Below are positions 59,535 through 64,000 of a stretch of 64,000 bases of DNA, in pieces. Numbering within the stretch: position 1 is the first letter of the stretch; each line of letters opens with the position of its first letter. The notes beneath the pieces were generated by a model. It saw only the letters and a program-made list of their open reading frames with translations. It was not told the DNA's origin and did not search any database. The position numbers and the translations under genes are program-made. Source of the stretch: Sedimentisphaerales bacterium (lineage in GTDB: Bacteria; Planctomycetota; Phycisphaerae; Sedimentisphaerales; Anaerobacaceae); assembly GCA_963708075.1 (NCBI GenBank), contig OY970194.1, positions 6,080,001 through 6,144,000 of the forward strand, read 5' to 3'.

Positions 59535-60866
59535 ATGGCAGATAGGTTACGGGCGTCGAAATACCTCGCGTGGCTCTCAGTCCTTCTGGCGGTGACAGCG
59601 ATTGTGATGCTTGTGATGGGCTACCGGTCCGAGGTCGGGCCATTTGTGGTGGGGGCGCTGGCATCACTTGCGTTGTTCTGCATGGGCCACCATTTCCTGA
59701 AGAGCTATGCTTTTACGGTCTGGGTCTTCGCATTCGTTGCCGCCTCGATGTTCTATCCTCAAGGCTTCACGGTGTGGGGCTCGTATGAATTGAAGAGTCT
59801 GATAAGCCCGTTGATTCAGATTATCATGTTCGGCATGGGCACGACCCTGAGCCTGGCCGACTTCACGCGGGTCCTCAAGATGCCCTGGCCGGTCTTCATC
59901 GGCTTCTTCCTGCAATTCACGATCATGCCTCTGGTTGGTTTCACGCTGGCCAAGGCTTTCGGTTTCAGCAATGAAATCGCGGCCGGTGTCGTCTTGATCG
60001 GCTGCTGTCCGAGCGGCGTCGCCTCGAATGTGATGGCCTATCTGGCGGGCGGGGACGTCGCGCTATCGGTGACGATCACCTCGTTCACTACCCTGGCCGC
60101 ACCGATCATGACGCCGCTCTGGATGAAGGTCCTGGCCGGCGCGTTCGTCGAGGTCCAATTCCTGAAGATGATGTTCGACATCATCAACGTTATTATCGTC
60201 CCGATCATCGCGGGCGTGGTCGCCCATCGTATCTTGTACAGCCGGCAGCAGGTCTTCAGGCAGAGCTGGACCTTGGCTCTCATGGCGGCGGCTGGGCTCC
60301 TGCTGGCCATCGCCATCCAAGGTTTCGTCCCGGCGACCCTGGTCCAGTATGGTGGCGCCTCCTTTCAGAAGGGTGGTCTCGTCGTGGGCCTGCTGCTCAT
60401 CGCGATTGTGACCTTGGTGAAACTTGTGGTCAGCGTGTGGCTCAGGGCCTCCGAGCGGTGGATGGACAAGGCCCTGCCCATTGTCTCCATGGTGGCGATC
60501 TGCTGCATCATCGCGATCATCACGGCCCAGTCTCGAAACGACCTGCTGACCGTGGGACCCTGGCTGATTGGATCGTCGATGATCCACAACTTCCTCGGTT
60601 ATCTGATGGCGTACTGGCTCGCGCGGGCGATTCGCTTGAACGAAAGCGCGTGCCGGACCGTGGCGTTCGAGGTCGGCATGCAGAATGGTGGAATGGCCTC
60701 CTTCTTAGCCATGAACGTGCTCAAGAGCCCGCAGGCCGCCTTGGCCTCGGCCATCTTCGGGCCCTGGCAGAATATCTCCGGGTCCATCCTGGCCACGTAC
60801 TGGCACCGCAAGCCTGTGAAAGAAACAAAGCCAATTGCGGATTTCGGATTGCAGACGGCGGATTAG
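59535..60866 (+). CDS. Bile acid:sodium symporter (BASS) family
   Basis: IMFGMG, QFTIMP, PSGVASNV, EVGMQNGG. Confidence 0.9.
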   Translation: MADRLRASKYLAWLSVLLAVTAIVMLVMGYRSEVGPFVVGALASLALFCMGHHFLKSYAFTVWVFAFVAASMFYPQGFTVWGSYELKSLISPLIQIIMFGMGTTLSLADFTRVLKMPWPVFIGFFLQFTIMPLVGFTLAKAFGFSNEIAAGVVLIGCCPSGVASNVMAYLAGGDVALSVTITSFTTLAAPIMTPLWMKVLAGAFVEVQFLKMMFDIINVIIVPIIAGVVAHRILYSRQQVFRQSWTLALMAAAGLLLAIAIQGFVPATLVQYGGASFQKGGLVVGLLLIAIVTLVKLVVSVWLRASERWMDKALPIVSMVAICCIIAIITAQSRNDLLTVGPWLIGSSMIHNFLGYLMAYWLARAIRLNESACRTVAFEVGMQNGGMASFLAMNVLKSPQAALASAIFGPWQNISGSILATYWHRKPVKETKPIADFGLQTAD

Positions 60867-60909
60867 CGTCGTAAGCGAATCCGCAATCTGAAATCATCAA
60901 TCCGCAATC
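60833..60909. repeat. Heptamer inverted repeat (ATTGCGG / CCGCAAT) overlapping the BASS stop
   Basis: attgcggatttcggattgcagacggcggatt ... aatccgcaatctgaaatcatcaatccgcaat. Confidence 0.75.
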
Positions 60910-60925
60910 AAGGTGGGAGCATCTG

Positions 60926-62263
60926 ATGAATCGACGTGATATGGTGAAGGGGTTTGGGTTCGGGGCCGCGGCGGGTATGCTGGGTTTTTTGCGGCCGACG
61001 AATGACGCCGCCGTCGCTCAGACGTATTCGAAGGCGACGCAGGGACTACCGCCTCTGAAGATCGCGAATATCAAGGCGGTTCTGACTGCGCCGGAGCGGA
61101 TTCGGCTGTGCGTGGTGAAGGTCGAGACGAGCGAGCCAGGACTTTACGGACTTGGATGCGCCACGTTCAATCAGCGGCCGCTCACCGTTGCCGCGGCGGT
61201 CAACGAGTATCTCGCCCCGTTCGCCAAGGGCCGGGATGTCGATAACATCGAGGACCTCTGGCAGAACGCATACACGAGTTCCTACTGGCGCAACGGACCT
61301 GTGCTGAACAACGCGCTGAGTGGCTTGGACCAGGCTCTGTGGGACATCAAGGGCAAGCGGGCCAATATGCCCGTTTATCAACTGCTCGGGGGCAAGTGCC
61401 GCTTTGCAGTTGATTGTTACACGCATTGCGGCGGCAGCGATCTCAAGCAGATCGAAGAGAGCGTGAAAAAGGCGATGGAGCGAGGTTTCCGACACATCCG
61501 CATCCAGCGGGGCGGCTATGGCTCGCCGCAACTGTCGAAGAAGGCCGACTACAAAGATGCGGGATTCGGGCTGCCTGTCGATTCAAACATGGCAGTCCGG
61601 CCGTACGTCGAGGCGACCGTCGAAATGTTCGACCACATCCGCAACGTGGTTGGCAAAGAGGTCGAGCTGCTCCACGACATCCACGAGCGAATCCCGCCCA
61701 TCGACGCGATCAACCTTTGTAAGCGGCTGGAACCATATCACCCATTCTTCATCGAGGACCCATTCTCGCCCGAGGACATCGGCTACTTCAAGATGCTCCG
61801 CCAGCAGACGAGCGTGCCCATCGCGATGGGAGAGTTGTTCAACAGCCCGCACGAATGGGTCGGCCTGATCTCCGAGCGGCTGATCGATTTCATCCGCGTG
61901 CACATCTCGCAGGTCGGCGGCCTGAGTGTCGCCCGCAAGATCGCAACGCTGGGCGAGTGGTTCAACGTTCGCAGCGCCTGGCACGGTCCGGGCGATGTCT
62001 CGCCCGTCGGCCACGCCGCCAATGCCCACCTGGACCTGGCCATCTGGAACTTTGGCATCCAGGAGAGCGTCACGTTCAACGAGAGAACCCAGGAGGTCTT
62101 CCCCGGCTGCCCCACGATGGAGAACGGCTATATGCGCGTCAACGAAGCCCCCGGCTTTGGTGTCGATCTCAACGAGGAACTGGCCGCCAAGTACCCGCTT
62201 CCCGAAAGGCCCGGCTACTGGGACCCCGTCCGAAGACCCGACGGCACCGCCGTGAGGCCGTGA
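60926..62263 (+). CDS. Enolase-superfamily acid-sugar dehydratase (RspA/mannonate dehydratase-like) with Tat-like leader
   Basis: YWRNGPV, ALWDIKGK, LLHDIHER, FIEDP, MGELF, HGPGD. Confidence 0.88.
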   Translation: MNRRDMVKGFGFGAAAGMLGFLRPTNDAAVAQTYSKATQGLPPLKIANIKAVLTAPERIRLCVVKVETSEPGLYGLGCATFNQRPLTVAAAVNEYLAPFAKGRDVDNIEDLWQNAYTSSYWRNGPVLNNALSGLDQALWDIKGKRANMPVYQLLGGKCRFAVDCYTHCGGSDLKQIEESVKKAMERGFRHIRIQRGGYGSPQLSKKADYKDAGFGLPVDSNMAVRPYVEATVEMFDHIRNVVGKEVELLHDIHERIPPIDAINLCKRLEPYHPFFIEDPFSPEDIGYFKMLRQQTSVPIAMGELFNSPHEWVGLISERLIDFIRVHISQVGGLSVARKIATLGEWFNVRSAWHGPGDVSPVGHAANAHLDLAIWNFGIQESVTFNERTQEVFPGCPTMENGYMRVNEAPGFGVDLNEELAAKYPLPERPGYWDPVRRPDGTAVRP

Positions 62264-62304
62264 CCGAGGCAAGCATGCGGGGTGGGGCTCGCCCCACCAG
62301 AGCC

Positions 62305-64000
62305 CTACCACAAGTCCCTCCGGGTCGCGGGCTTTGGAAGGCCCGCGGCGAGGGCTTTCTCGCAGAGTCTGTCGCCCAGCGGCGTGGGGGAGTGGTGGAA
62401 GATCGCCTGGACGACATTTTCGTAGCTGTTCAGCGCCGCCAGAGCTTGCGACCATTCCTGCGGGTGCTCCGTATGGATGGATTCGGCTAGATCGAGGCAG
62501 ATGGCATAGTAAGCGGCACGGGCTGATTGCTGCTTTGAAGCCGGGTGCGTGATGTTTTCCTTGATTTCGCGTTGGAGCTTCTCTCTCAGGACGGCTGCCT
62601 GTCCGTCGGGGCTTTCCATGGGCTGAATACACTTTGGTTTCTGCGTGCTGATTCGGTAGACGGTTCGGCCGTCTTTCGTCCGTCGTTCACCGCCTTGTTC
62701 GACGATGACTCTCCCGGCCAGGTCGATCAGGCGGTCGGCGAAACTCGTGATCGTCTCGTCGGCGGGCATGTTCTCACGGGTGGTGTTCTTGTAGCGGTCC
62801 ACGATCTGCCAGCCTTGGGCCAACATCCAGCGGTAGCCCTTGATCACCCCGAGGATCGTGCCGGCGGTGGCGGCGTTGCAGTCGGCGTCCCAGCCAAAGT
62901 TGAACGCCGTGATCAGCGTTTTGACGAAATCGCCCTGGCCATAGAGCAGGGCGGCGATGATGGAGCCGGTGTTCAGCTCGTGGCCGTTGCGGTCGCGCAT
63001 CTCACCGTTGTGCTTGCTGTACTTCTGTTTCAAGAATTGTCGCGTTGTGCGCCAGTCGTCGGGGTGCTCCTTGTGCCAGCGGCGCACGTCTTTGATGATC
63101 TGGCAGATTTGGCTATTGGGGTCGATGGCCGAAAGGCCGGCGTCGAGGATGGCGTTCACATCATCCTCGACAAAGGCCGTGGCGATCATGCCGGTGAACA
63201 ATTGCGTGGTCTGGGCAGGCTCGCCGTCGATGGTGACACGGGTGTAGTTCAGGCCGATCTCTGCAGCCTTCTGCGGCATGGCCGGAGCGATCAGGCCGAA
63301 CGTCTCGCAGATGAACTGGCCGGAGATATTGAAATCCGCCCAGGGGTTGAAGACAGCCATCCCCGTCAGCGGCGGCTCGATCCCCAGGTCCATTAACTGC
63401 CGGGCGTAGAGATTCGAGCACCAGATGCGCGTGTTGATCCGTTCCCGCCACAACCGACAGATCCGCTGCGGCGGCAGGAGCAGACAGTTCTCATCCTGCA
63501 TCACCTTGATATAGACCCACTCGAAGTCCGTGTCGTCATCGGTCCACGCCCCTTGCGGCAACGAGGGAGTGTAGGTTGTGACATTGCCCGGCTCGGCGAT
63601 GTACTTCATCTCGTGGGGCAGGCCGTTGAGATTGCCGAGGATTTGTCCCAGCAGCCCGCCCCGAATCTTGTCCCGCAGCACCTCAGCGGGGATGTCCGCC
63701 GTCCGCTGAATACGCTTGTTGGCCTCGGCAATGGCCTTGAGCTGGTACGAGCGAGCGTTATCGGCACGCACACTCCATTGTGGTTGCCCCTTGTAGTCAA
63801 AGACCCACAGGGCGGCCAGCGGGACCTGCGCGTCTTCGATCACCCGCAGGAGGGTCTGGAACTGCTCCGCTGACTCAGAGGCCTGAATGCCGAACTCGCC
63901 GACAAACAAAGGCTTTCCGGCTCGTTTCGCTGCCTTCCGAGCCTCCGCGAGACGATCCGCCGCATCGTCGTACACGTGCACGCTGATCGTGTCCACGGGA
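62305..64000 (-). CDS. Glycoside-hydrolase-like domain fused to ADP-ribosylglycohydrolase-family domain; 5' end outside the window
   Basis: ISVHVY...GKPLFVGEFG (GH-A clan end), then DKIRGGLLGQ, TDDDT, GWDADCNAA. Confidence 0.75.
   Translation of the reverse strand, partial: PVDTISVHVYDDAADRLAEARKAAKRAGKPLFVGEFGIQASESAEQFQTLLRVIEDAQVPLAALWVFDYKGQPQWSVRADNARSYQLKAIAEANKRIQRTADIPAEVLRDKIRGGLLGQILGNLNGLPHEMKYIAEPGNVTTYTPSLPQGAWTDDDTDFEWVYIKVMQDENCLLLPPQRICRLWRERINTRIWCSNLYARQLMDLGIEPPLTGMAVFNPWADFNISGQFICETFGLIAPAMPQKAAEIGLNYTRVTIDGEPAQTTQLFTGMIATAFVEDDVNAILDAGLSAIDPNSQICQIIKDVRRWHKEHPDDWRTTRQFLKQKYSKHNGEMRDRNGHELNTGSIIAALLYGQGDFVKTLITAFNFGWDADCNAATAGTILGVIKGYRWMLAQGWQIVDRYKNTTRENMPADETITSFADRLIDLAGRVIVEQGGERRTKDGRTVYRISTQKPKCIQPMESPDGQAAVLREKLQREIKENITHPASKQQSARAAYYAICLDLAESIHTEHPQEWSQALAALNSYENVVQAIFHHSPTPLGDRLCEKALAAGLPKPATRRDLW

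Overview
GC-rich bacterial chromosome segment, probably Planctomycetota (Phycisphaerae/Sedimentisphaerales-like). This assignment is inferred from a GLUG+dockerin-like protein, a PAPGA-type PEP-CTERM protein, Tat-exported sulfatase/oxidoreductases and a PGN-type EF-P. The flanks are ordinary host genes. Left: permease, sulfatase, penicillin acylase, rsmI, rsmE, RluA-family synthase, efp. Right: peroxiredoxin, BlaI/BlaR1-like pair, MsrBA, sensor kinase, a tricorn/metallopeptidase/OPT/M20/POT peptide-utilisation block, BASS transporter, enolase-family dehydratase. The main feature is an ~18.6 kb phage-derived block (15125-33762). It has a + strand virion operon (portal, scaffold, SU10/DUF5309-type major capsid, putative neck/tail/fibre genes, lysis-like membrane proteins, phage replication initiator) and a divergent HTH-ABC ATPase-GNAT-ParB operon. 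A terminase-small-like gene sits 5.3 kb away next to efp. I recognise no integrase, large terminase, tape measure or endolysin, and many gene junctions carry host-type heptamer inverted repeats. This suggests a domesticated, gene-transfer-agent-like element rather than a fresh prophage (inference). All five frameshifts I found sit at GGTTCTC/GAGAACC and are repaired by removing one base (giving GGTCTC/GAGACC). That points to a motif-specific sequencing error, possibly methylation-induced, and to intact genes. Two copies of a MITE with 8-bp target duplications flank a GLUG gene. All product calls come from motif recognition by eye, not database searches.
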